DNA of 64,000 nt from Centroscyllium fabricii. Its lineage: Eukaryota. The notes under the pieces were generated by a model, which was not told where the DNA came from, ran no database searches, and was given only the letters and a program-made list of their open reading frames with translations. The position numbers were made by a program, and so were the translations under genes. Of the stretch, positions 10,120 to 22,189 are shown in pieces (position 1 is the first letter of the stretch; each line of letters begins with the position of its first letter). The stretch is from contig JBNRSN020000003.1 of NCBI GenBank assembly GCA_051313645.2, positions 114,018,001 through 114,082,000 on the forward strand, given 5' to 3'.

Positions 10120-10328
10120 CAAAATACTCTGGATGCTGGAATTCTGAAATAACAACAGAAAATGCTGGAGAAACTCAGCAGGCCAAGCAGCATCGGTAGA
10201 GAGAGAAACAGAGTTAATGTTTCAGGTCGGACGAAAGGTCTTCGACCTGAAACGTTAACTCTGTTTCTCTCCCCACCAATGCTGCTTGGCCTGCTGAGTT
10301 TCTCTTGTGTTTTCTGTTGTTATTTCCA
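10120..10328. mobile_element. Palindromic Penelope-derived repeat (inverted pseudo-LTR pair) with a degenerate hammerhead core
   Basis: Inverted arms of about 80-85 bp (10148-10229 and 10243-10326); centre CGGACGA-AAGGTC-TTC-GACCT-GAAACGTT; related copies near 59970-60070 and 60390-60435. Confidence 0.75.
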
Positions 10329-10899
10329 AGTTGACTAAATTCACCATGTCAGCTAGCTCAGCAATATCCTCAAAGAACTATAGTATATCTATTGAGCAAG
10401 GTATAGCACATGCAAAGCCATGCTAACTACTGTTTCTCATAGCAGGGTCAAAATTCTGGTGCAGTCCCACTGTAACTCCGGTAGCAGTGTGGCAGAAGGG
10501 CTGCAAACTATGTCAGGGCCTAGATATGCTGGATCACAACCTAAAGTTAGAGTTTCCAATTGCTTAGTGGCAGAGGTGCTTGATACCTGTGTGCTAATGA
10601 AGTGACATCTTACTGACCTCACACACTCTGGCTGGGTCAGCGAGGGAGGTCATTGGCAGGTATGATTCTGGTATAATTGCCAGGATTGCAACCCAAGGAA
10701 TTTCAGGGCCACTATGTTTCTTCTGATGTCTCCCTAATCTCTCTTTTTATTATTTTGCCCCATAGTCACCTTTTTCCAGATTGATACTACCCTTTGCAGC
10801 TTCTAATTGCATCAACATCAACAGAAACATTAGGACTCAATATTTTCCCCATCCATCGCTGGCATACTGTGGTTACAGCACATACAATATCGAATGCGC

Positions 10900-11180
10900 A
10901 CTGGTTACTTTGCCAACAACTCCCTCTTCTGCAACTTCTGCCACCAAGAAGGTTAAGAGCAGCAAAGTTGTGGGAACACCATCACCAGCAAGTTTCCCGT
11001 CAAAATATATCGATATTCCTTCAGAGTCGCTGGGTCAATATTCTGGCATTCCCCAACTATGTGGGAGTAGTATCAGCACAAGGGCATTAGCAGTTCAAGG
11101 AGAAGGTCACCCATAACTAGGGATGGGCAATAAATGTGGCCATGTCAGCATCAGTATATCCCGAGAACAAACTAAAAATA
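10900..11180 (+). mobile_element. Diverged LINE 3' tail fragment, same family as 1-250
   Basis: Shares GGAACACCATCACC..AAGTT, GCTGGGTCAA, TTCAAG..GAAGG and TAGGGATGGGCAATAAATG with 1-250. Confidence 0.55.
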
Positions 11181-11289
11181 AGTAATAGACAACATGGCTT
11201 TACAGGTGGTAAATCTTGCTCAACAAATCTACTATAGGTCTTTGAGGAGATAATTGAATTAGTTGAAAAGGGGAGCTCTTAGATTTAAT

Positions 11290-12156
11290 GGGCAGGATTT
11301 TCATTGGGCCGTGGAGGCGGGATTGGAGGCGTGTGGGGGGATAAAATCTCGAAATCGGGGCGAGGGGTGGGGGGGGGTGGTGCACAATCCCATCCCACCT
11401 CCAACCCGCCTCCATGCCAGTTTCACAGGAAGCAGATATCCGATCTGTGCTGGGAGCCGCCTCCCCGAGGCGGGAAGGGGATTAGTGCCAATTAACTGCC
11501 TGTTAACAAGTAGTTAACAGGCAGCTATAGCCTAATCTCCATTTTTATTCCTGAAGTGTGGGATTCCCAACGGCTCCAAACTACGCCAAGTTAGCGAGGC
11601 GGACCGTCGGACTGAAGGGCTTGGCGGGTTCGAGATGTCCAGTGTTCAGGTGAGTGATGGGTGCATGAGTGCAGAGGTAAGTGAGTTTGGTCTGTGTAAA
11701 GTGTTTAAATAAGTTTTACATACCTTTACTTACCTTTACAGCCTACCTTCCTTCCTTCAGGTCTCGGGAGTCCCTCATCTCACCGGTACAAAAAGCAGAA
11801 TGGCCGCGAGCTGTCAAAAGTTGCAGCATTCAGCTTTCTGTTCTGGAGAGATCTCTAGATCAGCCTGAGAGGAAGGAATTAACTTAGAGTACAGATTGTC
11901 AGTGTTTGACAGCTTCAAACAGCTGTCAAATGCTGATATTTCATCTTTCAAAAGCTCTTCACAGATGAAATGTCAATCTGTGACATCACCTGTTGCCGGG
12001 TGGCCCTTAATTGGCCTGTTGAGCCTGCTGGGCGGGCTCAACAAGGTCAATCAAGGGAAAATCGCGTGGGTTGGCCACAACTCGATGGAGGCGGGACTAC
12101 AATCCCGAAAGTTGTAGTCCCGCCTGCTACACATCTCCAGAATCAAAATCCAGCCC
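11290..12156. mobile_element. Non-autonomous DNA transposon (Harbinger-like MITE)
   Basis: Termini GGGCAGGATTTT / AAAATCCAGCCC and GC-rich subterminal regions, as in the other copies; TSD not clear. Confidence 0.6.
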
Positions 12157-12207
12157 CTTCTGGGCATTAGTAAACCTTTTGAATCTAAACCAAATAGGTG
12201 TTTAAAA

Positions 12208-12995
12208 AAGAAAGACTTGCATTTATATAGCGCTTCTCATAACCACCGGATGTCTCAAAGCACTTTACAGCCAATGAAGTACTTTTGAAGTGTAAATATT
12301 CTTTGTAATGTAGGAAATGCGGCAGCCAAGTTACACATAGCAGGCTCCCACTAACAGCAATGCGATAATGACCAGATAATCGGTTCAGTGATGTAGATGG
12401 AGGGATAAATATTGGCCTGGACACTGGGGATAACTCCCCTGCTCTTCTTCAAAATAGTGCCAATAGGATCTTTTACGTCCACCTGAGTGGATAGATGGGG
12501 CCTTGGTTTAACATCTCATCCAAAAGACGGCACATCCGGGGCGGCACGGTGGCATAGTGGTTAGCACTGTTGCCTCACAGCACTAGGGGCCCGGGTTCAA
12601 ATCCAGCCTCAGGTGACTATCTGTGTGGAGTTTGCACATTCTCCCCGTGTTGGCGTGGGTTTCCTCCGGGTGCTCCGGTTTCCTCCCACAGTCCAAAGAT
12701 GTGCGGGTTAGGTTGATTGGCCAGGATAAATTGACCCTTAGTGTTAGGGGGATTAAATATGTGGGGTTACGGGGATAGGGTGGGATATGTGTTGGTGCAG
12801 GCTCGATGGGCCGAAATGGCCTCTATCTGCACTGTAGGGATTCTATGATTCTATGATTCTATGATCCGACAGTGTAGCACTCCCTCACAGTACTGTACTG
12901 GAGTGTTAGCCTAGATTTTTGTGCTCAAGTCTCTGGAGTGGGCCTTGGACCCACAACCTTCTGGAGGGTGCTAGCAACTGAGCCACAGCTGACAC
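12208..12995 (-). mobile_element. SacSINE1-like DeuSINE interrupted by an HE1 SINE
   Basis: GACTTGCATTTATATAGCGC tail, Deu-like core (GGATCTTTTACGTCCACCTGAG) and a tRNA-like head near 12900-12995; uninterrupted copy at 24940-25386. Confidence 0.75.
12538..12863 (+). mobile_element. HE1-type V-SINE
   Basis: tRNA-derived head (GGTGGCATAGTGG..GGGTTCAAATCC), V core GTGTGGAGTTTGCACATTCTCCCCGTG..GGTTTCCTCCCACAGTCCAAAGATG and (ATTCTATG)n tail. Confidence 0.9.
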
Positions 12996-13261
12996 ACAGT
13001 AGACAAAGTAGAAAGGCACAGAAAGGGCTAATCTTTAGAAGAAGAAAATTCATTGTTGCGTCAGGTGCTGCAAAGATCAAGATCACAGTTCTATAGTATC
13101 CCAGGTTATCCTTCTGCCCTTTTTATAAGTTGGCAATACATTCACTTCTCTCATGTTCCTTGCCACAGTTCTCGTGTAGATTGATTCCCATAAAATATCA
13201 AACAAATTATAACTCATTTAATTTGCCACCTCCTTTCAGACTCTATCATGTCTTGGTCTCT

Positions 13262-14575
13262 TAGAAACATAGAAACATAGCAGATAGGAGCAGGAGTAGG
13301 CCATTCGACCCCTCGAGCCTGCTCCACCATTTAATGAGATCATGGCTGATCATCCAAATTCAGTACCCTGTCCCTGCTTTCTCCCCATATCCCTTGATCC
13401 CTTTAACCTTAAGAAATATATCTAACTCCTTCTTGAATATATTTAATGAATTGGCCTCAACTGCCTTTTGTGGTAGAGAATCCACATGTTCACCATCTCT
13501 GGGTGAAGAAATTCCTCCTCATCTCTGTCCTAAATTTCTTACCTCTTATCTTTAGACTATGACCCCTGGTTCTGGACTCCCCCGCCATCGGGAACATCCT
13601 TCCTGCATCTAGTCTGTCTAGTCCTGTTAGGATTTTATAAGTTTCAATGAGATCCCCTCTCATTCTTCTAAACTCCAGTGAGTATAAGCCCAATCGACCC
13701 AATCTCTCCTCATACATCATTCCTGCCATCCCAGGTATCAGTCTGGTGAATCTTCGCTGCACACAATACTCAAGGTGTGGTCTCACCAAGGCCCTGTACA
13801 ACTGCAGCAGGACATCCTTGCTCCTGTACTTGAATCCTCTCGCTATGAAGGCCAACATACCATTTGCCTTCTAAACCGCCTGCTGCACCTGCATGCTTAC
13901 CTTCAGCGACTGGTGCACAGGGCCACCCAGGTCTCGTTGCAGTTCCCCTCCTCCCAATCTATTGCCATTCAGATAATAATCTGCCTTCCTGTTTTTGCCA
14001 CCAAAGTGGATAACCTCACATTTATCCACATTATATTGCATCTGCCACGCTTCTGCCCAATCACCCAAACTGTCCAAATCATACTGGACTTTCTTGACAT
14101 CCTCCTCACAGCACACCCGCCCACCCAGCTTTGTGTCATCTGCAAACTTGGAGATATCACATCTAGTCCATCGTCTAGATCATTAATATATATTGTGAAT
14201 AGCTGGGGTCCAAGGACCGATCCCTGTGGTAACCCACAAGTCACTGCCTGCCACTCGGAAAAAGACACGTTTATTCCAACTCTTTGCTTTCTGTCTGCCA
14301 ACCAGTTCTCTATCCAAGTCAGTACCTTGCCCCCAATTCCATGTGCTTTAACTTTACATGCTAGTCTCTTATGCGGGACCTTATTGAAAGCCTTTTGAAA
14401 GTACAAATACACCACATCCACTGGTTCACCCTTATCTATTCTACCAGTTACATCCTCAAAAAATTCCAGTAGATTAGTCAAGCACGATTTATCTTTTGTA
14501 AATCCATGTTGACTTTGCCCGATCCTGTCACTGTTTTCCAAGTGGTCTGCTATTGCATCTTTTATAATGGACTTT
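13262..14575 (-). mobile_element. 5'-truncated CR1 (HER1-like) LINE with a frameshifted RT
   Basis: ORF pieces GLPQGSVLGP, YRALVRPHLEYC and RRMRGDLIETYK; tail (TTTCTATG)n at 13262-13280. Confidence 0.92.
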
Positions 14576-14668
14576 TAAGGGTTAATTCCACAATCCCACA
14601 CTTCCTGCAGAGAAGCTGTGCTAAAAGGGAGTGTTGGCCAGTCAGTGGGCAGGCAACAATGGTGCAGT

Positions 14669-17600
14669 TGCAGTGCATGCAGGCCTGAAGAACCACGCTG
14701 GAGACGGTGAGATCGGATAACACTCATTCATTACTTTGCTCTGCAGGGGCCAGGTAGCGAAGAGGCTGAGCTACCTGGGACAGGCTTATTTAAAGAGCCC
14801 GCGGTTGGTGGCGTCATCACGCCGGAAGTCGCGGTGACGTCATCATGTCACCCGATGGGCGGGGCCGTGCCCCGCAGTACTCCCGAGGCGGATTCGATGG
14901 TCCTGGTGGGCGTGTCGCCACACAGCTCCCCCCCAGAATCTGTGAGGGAGAATAAAGTGAAAATAAAAAAGGGAGCATAAAGTTAAAATAAAAAAAGGGA
15001 GAATAAAAGATGAGTCTCAAGCGAGGCGTTGAGGTGGCCGGATGATGCGGCCGGCACGTGTCGTGCGCTGCTCCTTGTTCTGCGTGGGAGTGTGGGCGGG
15101 CTTTGGTGCGGTAGGGCGTCTGCGCTTTGGTGGCTGCGCGGGGACTGTTGTCTCGCCCGCCATTGCATGTGCCGGTTTGAGCCGGTCAATAGAGACAGTT
15201 TCAGTTCTGTTGCCCATTTTGATTTCGAAGGTCTTAGCTCCCGCCCGAAGCACTCTGTACGGTCCGTCGTACGGTGGCTGTAATGGTGTTCGATGTGCGT
15301 CGTGGCGGACAAACACATATTCGGCGTTCTTGATGCCGTCTGGAACATGAGCTGCCGGCTCTCCGTGCCGGGCCACCGGTAGTGGCTTGAATGCTCCTGC
15401 CTGGTTGTTGAACTCCTTGAGGCACCGGTCAGCTGACCAGGGAGCGTTGGGTTCTGCGAGGAACTCGCCTGGTACGGTTAGGGGTTGGCCGTAGACGAGT
15501 TCCGCCGCTGAGGCGTGCAGGTCTTCCTTGGCCGCTGAGCGCAGGCCGAGCATTACCCAGGGCAGGCGGTCGGTCCAGGTTGCGTCCTTCAGACTGGCCC
15601 GCAGGGATGCTTTGATGGAGCGGTGGAACCGTTCGCAGAGGCCGTTGGCCTGTGGGTGGTAAGCGGTGGTTCGGTGCAGGGTTACCCCGAGGTCGCGGGC
15701 GATGGTCGCCCATAGTGTTGAGGTGAATTGGGGGCCCCTGTCCGACGTGATGTCGGTGGGTATGCCGAAACGTGCGACCCAGGTGGCGATGAAGGCCCTG
15801 GCCAGGTCCGCGGTGGTGGTAGCGATGAGTGCGACCGCTTCTGGCAAGCGAGTGCTGCGGTCGACCATGGTCATGACGTGTGTGTATCCCTGTGATGGCG
15901 GTAGTGGTCCGACCAGGTCGATGTGGACGTGGCCGAAGCGTCTAGCTGGGGTGAACGTTTCCAGCGGTGCCTTGATGTGTTTGTGCACCTTGGCGCGCTG
16001 GCAGGCAGTGCAGGCGTTGGTCCAGGCGCGGACATCCCTGCGCAGGCCGCGCCAGACGAAACGTGCCGAAATCAGCTTAGTGGACGCGCGGGTGCCAGGG
16101 TGGGACAGGCCATGAAGGGTCTGAAAGATGTGTTGCCTCCATGCGTGGGAGACGACGGGTCTGGGCTGCGGGAGGGAGACGTCGCAGCGGACCGCTGTGG
16201 CTGTGGGCCCGTGTGCTACGGTGGCCAAGAGCAGGCCGGGGAGGTTGGTAGCTGGGTCGAGCAGGTCAGGGTCGGTCAGTTGGTCGGCCGCCAGTTTGGC
16301 GTAATCGACCGCCGTTTGTACGGAGTTGATGGTGGGACGTGACAGGCAGTCAGCAACCACGTTGTCGCGGCCGGCGATGTGCTGTATGTCGGTGGTAAAC
16401 TCCGACACGGCCGCGACCTGGCGCTGCTGCCTGGCCGACCAGGGTTCAGCGATCTTAGCCATTGCAGACACAAGTGGCTTGTGATCCACGAAGGCTGTAA
16501 AGTGACGGCCCTCTAAGAGGAAGCGGAAGTGGCGCACTGCGAGGTAGAGAGCGAGTAGCTCCCTATCGAAGGCGCTGTACTTGACCTCCGGGGGCCGAAG
16601 TTGCCGGCTGAAAAAGGCCAGGGGTTGCCAGGAGTTGCCTGTCCACTGCTCGTAGACCGCTCCGACCGCGTGGTCGGAGGCGTCGGTGGTGAGGGCCACT
16701 CTGGCGTTGGGCCTAGGGTGGGCTAGGAGCGTGGCATTGGCCAGGGCGGTTTTGGTTGCGGTGAAGGCGGTGGTGGCTTCGACCGTCCACTCGACCGCAG
16801 CCTTGTTGGACTGCCCGCGGGTGGCCTGATAGAGGGGTGCCATGAGAGCGGCTGCTCCTGGGATGAAGCGGTTATAGAAATTAACCATCCCGAGGAATTC
16901 CTGCAGCCACTTGATGGAGTGCGGGCGAGGGAATTCCTGGACCGCCTGCACCTTGGAGGGCAGGGGTATGGCCCCGGTCTGGGAAATGCGGTGGCCGAGG
17001 AAGTCGATTGTCTCGAGGCCGAACCAACATTTGGAGGGGCTTAATATTAGGCCGTGTTCGACCAGGCGTTTGAACAGGGTCCTGAGATGGAGGAGGTGTT
17101 CCTGTGGTGAGGTGCTGGCCACGAGGATGTCGTCCAGGTAGACGAACGTGAACTGCAAGTCCCGTAGGACTGAGTCCATGAGGCGTTGGAAGGCCTGGGC
17201 CGCGTTTTTGAGTCCGAAGGGCATTCGGAAAAACTCGAAAAGGCCAAAAGGGGTAATGACGGCTGTCTTAGGGACGTCCGCCGGGTGCACTGGTACCTGG
17301 TGGTAGCCCCGTACCAGGTCGATCTTGGAAAAGACCGTGCAGCCGGCTAGCCTTGCTGAGAAATCTTGGATGTGGGGGACGGGGTCCCTGTCTGGGGTGG
17401 TGGCGTTGTTGAGGCGGCGGTAGTCTCCGCAGGGACGCCAGCCACCGCCCGGCTTGGGGGCGATGTGGAGGGGGGAGGCCCAGGGGCTGCTGGAGCGGCG
17501 GATTATGCTGAGTTGTTCCATGATGTGGAACTCGGTACGCGCGATCTCCAGCTTGGCCGGGTCCAGCCTGCGTGCGTGGGCGTGGACTGGAGGGCCTGTG

Positions 17601-19189
17601 GTGGTGATGTGATGCTCCACCCCATGCTTGGCCGTGCGGGCTGTGAAGGTGGGGTTGGTGAGGGCTGGGAACTCCGCGAGGAGCGTGCCGTACGAGTCGG
17701 AGTTCTGGGCTCGGCAGTGGGACGCTGCGTGGGCCTGGTGTGCCGGCCCTGTGGAGCATGGGATGGTCGACATGTTGTGGATGTCGACCAGTCGGCGCCG
17801 GGTCACGTCGACCAGTAGGCCGTGGGTGCAAAGAAAATCGGCCCCGAGGAGGGGTAGTTTGACTTGGGCTGTGATGAAGTCCCACAGGTACGTGTGGCCT
17901 GCTAGCTTGATGGTGAGCTTGCGGGTGCCGTACGTGGCTATTTCGGAGCCGTTTGCGACTTCGAGTGGTGGGCCCCGGGTGCCTTGCTTGGTTTCTGTGG
18001 GAGAGGCTGGCACGATGCTGTGCTGCGCGCCTGTATCGCAGAGGAACCGGAGGCCTGAGCCGCTGTCCGTGACGAAGAGCAGTGCTCCAGAGCGGCCTAC
18101 GGACATGGTGGGGCTTGAGCTGGGCTGGGGTTTGAAGGTGCAGGGCTGGACGCAGCGCTGCGCTTTGGCTTCAAATCGGGTGTGATAGTAACACCAGCCG
18201 GGGCCTGTTGTGCGCAGCTTTTTGCGGGGTCGCGTTGGCCTGGGTTCAGACTTGGGGTCGGACCTGGGGTGCGCGTGGTGGGGCTCCGGTGCCGTGGCAG
18301 CGGGCTCGCACGTGGCGGAGCGGGAGCGCTCGGCCGTCATCAACTTGTCGGCCTCCTCAGCCAGTTGTTCTCCGCTGTAGTGGTAGAGGGTCGTCAGAGC
18401 CGGTCTGATGGAGGGGGGCAGTTTGAGGAGGAACAAGGTGCGCTTAATGGTGGCTGGGTCGGAATTCAGCGCTTCCATTTGGGCCCAGATGTCCGATGGG
18501 TCTGAGTCCCCGAGTTCGGGCAGGTTAATGAGCTGGCAGTCGCGCTCAAACTGGGAGGGGGTGAATTTCTTTAGCAGCGCGGCCTTAAGGAATTCATACC
18601 TGCCTGCGGTTGGTGCACGCTGTATCGTTGCCCACATTCGGTCGACCGTGGTCTGTGATAGGGCCGCGAAGAGCAGGTTGTAGCGATCGTCCCCCTGTAT
18701 GCCATGGATGCGGTAGGTGTTCTCGATGCAGAGGAACCAGGCTGCTGGGCATAGCTCCCAGAACTCTGGCAGAGTTGGTTTTTGGCCGGAGTTCTGGCCC
18801 AATCTTTGAGGTCGCGCTGCTTGGCTCCCTGATGGCATGTTGGTTGGGAGTGTACTGAGGCAGCTTGGCCCTCAGTCCTGCAGCAACTGCTTCATTTTGT
18901 TCCCTTGGAAGTCGTTCCAAGTACGAGGTCACCACTGTAGTGCATGCAGGCCTGAAGAACCACGCTGGAGACAGTGAGATCGGATAACACTCATTTATTA
19001 CTTTGCTCTGCAGGGGCCAGGTAGCGAAGAGGCTGAGCTACCTGGGACAGGCTTATTTAAAGAGCCCGCGGTTGGTGACGTCATCACGCCGGAAGTCGCG
19101 GTGACGTCATCACGTCACCCGATGGGCGGGGCCGTGCCCCGCAGTACTCCCGAGGCGGATTTGATGGTCCTGGTGGGCGTGTCGCCACA
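14669..19189 (-). mobile_element. Element C: full-length CsRn1-like LTR retrotransposon
   Basis: 254-bp LTRs at 14669-14922 and 18936-19189 with about 6 mismatches; flanks CAGT/CATT; PBS TGGTGACCTCG; PPT next to 14923. Confidence 0.95.
15017..18838 (-). CDS. gag-pol: Element C gag-pol polyprotein, 1273 aa, uninterrupted
   Basis: CHCC Gag, CDTGA, VYLDDIL, TDASD, HHCC and DDE integrase, GPY module. Confidence 0.93.
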   Translation of the reverse strand: MPSGSQAARPQRLGQNSGQKPTLPEFWELCPAAWFLCIENTYRIHGIQGDDRYNLLFAALSQTTVDRMWATIQRAPTAGRYEFLKAALLKKFTPSQFERDCQLINLPELGDSDPSDIWAQMEALNSDPATIKRTLFLLKLPPSIRPALTTLYHYSGEQLAEEADKLMTAERSRSATCEPAATAPEPHHAHPRSDPKSEPRPTRPRKKLRTTGPGWCYYHTRFEAKAQRCVQPCTFKPQPSSSPTMSVGRSGALLFVTDSGSGLRFLCDTGAQHSIVPASPTETKQGTRGPPLEVANGSEIATYGTRKLTIKLAGHTYLWDFITAQVKLPLLGADFLCTHGLLVDVTRRRLVDIHNMSTIPCSTGPAHQAHAASHCRAQNSDSYGTLLAEFPALTNPTFTARTAKHGVEHHITTTGPPVHAHARRLDPAKLEIARTEFHIMEQLSIIRRSSSPWASPLHIAPKPGGGWRPCGDYRRLNNATTPDRDPVPHIQDFSARLAGCTVFSKIDLVRGYHQVPVHPADVPKTAVITPFGLFEFFRMPFGLKNAAQAFQRLMDSVLRDLQFTFVYLDDILVASTSPQEHLLHLRTLFKRLVEHGLILSPSKCWFGLETIDFLGHRISQTGAIPLPSKVQAVQEFPRPHSIKWLQEFLGMVNFYNRFIPGAAALMAPLYQATRGQSNKAAVEWTVEATTAFTATKTALANATLLAHPRPNARVALTTDASDHAVGAVYEQWTGNSWQPLAFFSRQLRPPEVKYSAFDRELLALYLAVRHFRFLLEGRHFTAFVDHKPLVSAMAKIAEPWSARQQRQVAAVSEFTTDIQHIAGRDNVVADCLSRPTINSVQTAVDYAKLAADQLTDPDLLDPATNLPGLLLATVAHGPTATAVRCDVSLPQPRPVVSHAWRQHIFQTLHGLSHPGTRASTKLISARFVWRGLRRDVRAWTNACTACQRAKVHKHIKAPLETFTPARRFGHVHIDLVGPLPPSQGYTHVMTMVDRSTRLPEAVALIATTTADLARAFIATWVARFGIPTDITSDRGPQFTSTLWATIARDLGVTLHRTTAYHPQANGLCERFHRSIKASLRASLKDATWTDRLPWVMLGLRSAAKEDLHASAAELVYGQPLTVPGEFLAEPNAPWSADRCLKEFNNQAGAFKPLPVARHGEPAAHVPDGIKNAEYVFVRHDAHRTPLQPPYDGPYRVLRAGAKTFEIKMGNRTETVSIDRLKPAHAMAGETTVPAQPPKRRRPTAPKPAHTPTQNKEQRTTRAGRIIRPPQRLA

Positions 19190-19543
19190 CATTCCTGATT
19201 CTCCAACCAGTGTTCCTGTAAAGCTCAGTTCCCCTTTGGACTCATATCTTTAGTGATCTTAGTCTGTCACCTCTTCGTATGTAACTTCTATATTTAGCAG
19301 TTATTCTTCCTCTTGCCTTTTATTGGTAAAGTTACTGGTAAACACTAACATAAAGATGTTATTAAGGACACCTACCATTTTTTGGTCATTTGTTATCATT
19401 TCTCCAGGGTCCCTCAGAGGTCACACTGTTTGCTTTGTCACCTGTTCTGCCTGAATATATTTATAGAGGCCTTTCCTATTTAAAAAAATATTTGCTCCAA
19501 CCCTTTTTGTATTTGTCTTGAATTTGTGCCGGGGGTTCTCTTG

Positions 19544-19658
19544 ATTGTCTGCCATAACTTTGGCGGAACATCAGCGAAAAGGAAACCCTGGAGAAACTGC
19601 TATTTATGTTGTTTCTCTGGGGTTTCCGCGGATCTTCTGCCAAAGCTACGGCAGACAA
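19544..19658. repeat. Short palindromic MITE-like remnant
   Basis: TTGTCTGCCATAACTTTGGCGGA is inverted relative to TCTGCCAAAGCTACGGCAGACAA; inner pair GGAAACCC/GGGTTTCC. Confidence 0.5.
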
Positions 19659-20489
19659 CCAGTGTTCTCTATCAGTAAATCACAAGTTATCAATTGCGAA
19701 TCTGTGAAGTATTTCGGAGGGACAGTGATGAGCAGAGGCATGTTCTGTATGGAAGAAAAAACTTGCTAGATGAGTCCTCGCCAGGCTATCAGTGAACTGC
19801 CCTTGGCAGCTGATACTAACTAGCATTGAGGAAAGTCATGGAGCAGGCCACTCATCTTCCCTCTCAGTTATAAAGGCACTTATCCAATCAGGAATAATGG
19901 AGAGGGTAAAAAAAAAAGATAAATTGCCCACAAAAATGTGAGCATCGATTTATTTGATATAGTGCAAGTATTCAAGCTCAAAATCTCTTTTCTTTGTTTT
20001 ACATAAAAATAAATAACTTATTGTATTTCCAATTCTCCAACTTTCTGAAGTGCATTGTTTATCTGAGGATTATAGATGTGTTGTCTTTTAAACCATTGCT
20101 ATGACTCCTGAGTTGCTGGGACCATGGAAAGATTGCACTGATATTTATAGAGCTTCCAATGTAATCTATGGAAATTAAGGTCGATGGTTTCTATAAGCAG
20201 CGGCCAATCCACAATGGCAGCGTTATGGCTGGGTGGCAAGTTGAAAATCTATCGCTTCATCTCCTATCAAATTATCAATGGTATTTCAGCATCAAAATTA
20301 CACCAAAACATGACAAAATATATTGAAGTAAATAACGATGTATGACTAAGACTGAAATATGTACTTTAACAGAGAAACCTTATATAAGTAACTTGCATTT
20401 ACAGCTACATAGAGTATTAAAGGGGGGCAGGGGGTAGGGGGTAAATTTTCCTACCTATTCTTTTCAAAATTGGCAGTGTCTTGCACTAT

Positions 20490-21297
20490 GGTGGGGATTT
20501 TCCTGAAGGTGCGGCGATTTGGCGTGTTTTGGTCAGGTCGGGTTTCTGGCCCGCCCGCCCAAGGGCCTGTGAACCCCATGCAAATTTGGCTTAAGTGGCC
20601 AATTAATTCCCTGCGTGCGGGGTGCCACTGCCAATATATAACTTCGAGTTGGACCACAACGGGCTGCAGCTGGGAGCTGGAGCTTTGATGGACAGTTCTA
20701 GGGACGCGATGTTGTCAGTTTCCATGGAAACAGTCCACTGTGACATCACAGTGGAGTGCAACCAATCGCAAAGCCCAAGTGTGTCGAGTGACAGGTATAA
20801 GGATGCTCTGAGAATCTTTCAGAGTTCGGGACCAAGCATTTCATGATCTGTCAAGGTGAGTCTTTTCAGTGTTTTCTCCACAGATGGTCAACAGAAAACG
20901 GAGTCACTTACACCTCCAGGGTGTTGAAGGCCTGGAAAGCATTCTGCTGCAGGTCCTTCAATGCCTTGAAGGTGAAAATGACCTAGCCGACTGTGATCCC
21001 GCTAGCTTTTACCGGCGGGGTTTCAGGATGGTGGGGAATCGGTAGGAAGGCCTTTAAAATCACGAAGGGCCCTTAAAATGGGATTACCCATGGCAATTAA
21101 GGGCCCCTAATTACCTGAATGATCAACCCCGCCGGTGGCGGGCAGGAAAGATTCGGATCGGGAAAACAGGCCCACAGGAAATTGCAAATCGGCGGGGATC
21201 TGGTGGGGGGGGTGGCGGTTGCGAGCCCCCCGGTTCTGCGATTTTAGGCCCCGCCCCGCTGGAAACCCACCCTCACCATCCCGGGAAAATTACCCCC
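20490..21297. mobile_element. PIF/Harbinger-type MITE
   Basis: TIRs GGTGGGGATTTT / AAAATTACCCCC and 3-bp TSD TAT; homologous (inverted) to 40357-41154 and 25759-26592. Confidence 0.8.
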
Positions 21298-22189
21298 TAT
21301 GTCTTTATCCCTTTACCTTGGTCTCTCAATTAAAAAATAAAAAGTTCCTGAAAATGTGAAGAGTGTTGATGTGTTTGTACAACTGAATTTTATATTTATC
21401 AAGTTTTTCAATTGGTTATGAAGGTAACATCAGGCACCATATATCGGATTGATATGATGAAAGGTGAAACACATTACTACGCATGTGCAGCTTAAATGTA
21501 ACTCATTTTGGTTTTGCAAATTTGCACTGAACTGCGACACCCAGCTGTGAAAGAACGCAGGAAAAATAATTTTAAAAGTTATATTTAATGTTTGCCAGCT
21601 AAGGTCCTTACATTTCATTACTCCCCAGAGATCCTGTAACATTTTCTGGACCATGTTACATATTTTTTTTAATTAAGTAATTTCTTTCCATTAGCACATA
21701 ACAATGCACCCAAGCAATTCTAAGCCTCTGGGGAAGAGGTTAAATGACAGTAATGGTGCATGATTGTGTTGTTCATGTCATTAGAGCATGCTATATCTGT
21801 GAGGCGCACATATGTAGCTTGACTTTGTTGGTGAGAATTTACCCCAAAGAATATTTATTGAGACAGCAGTTTTGGAGTGATCTGTTTATAAACATTGGCT
21901 TCCCTATGAATTTTATCTTGCTATTAAATCAGACAGAGAAGCAGCTTGCAATCTTTGAATAGGTTCCTGTGTTGAAGTGATCAGGTTTATGTGCTGCAGG
22001 TAACACAGTATAGGACGCTTTGAGGGTGTCCTTGAAATGTTTCCTCTACCCATCTGGGGCTCTCTTGCCGTGCCGGAGCTCTGAGTAGAGCGCTTGTTTT
22101 GGGAGTCTCGTATCGGGCATGGTTGGAGGTACTGTGTAGCGAAGAAGTCTTGCTCGAACTTGTGCATGAAGATGTTGGCGTACTGGGGT

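Noticed and set aside
12538-12615. tRNA-like sequence with A and B boxes (also at 23402)
   Set aside because: It is the head of an HE1 SINE, not a tRNA gene.
20715-20770. MHC class II SXY module
   Set aside because: The factor combination is similar, but CCAAT orientation and the palindromic X-box differ, there is no S box, and it lies inside a repeated MITE.
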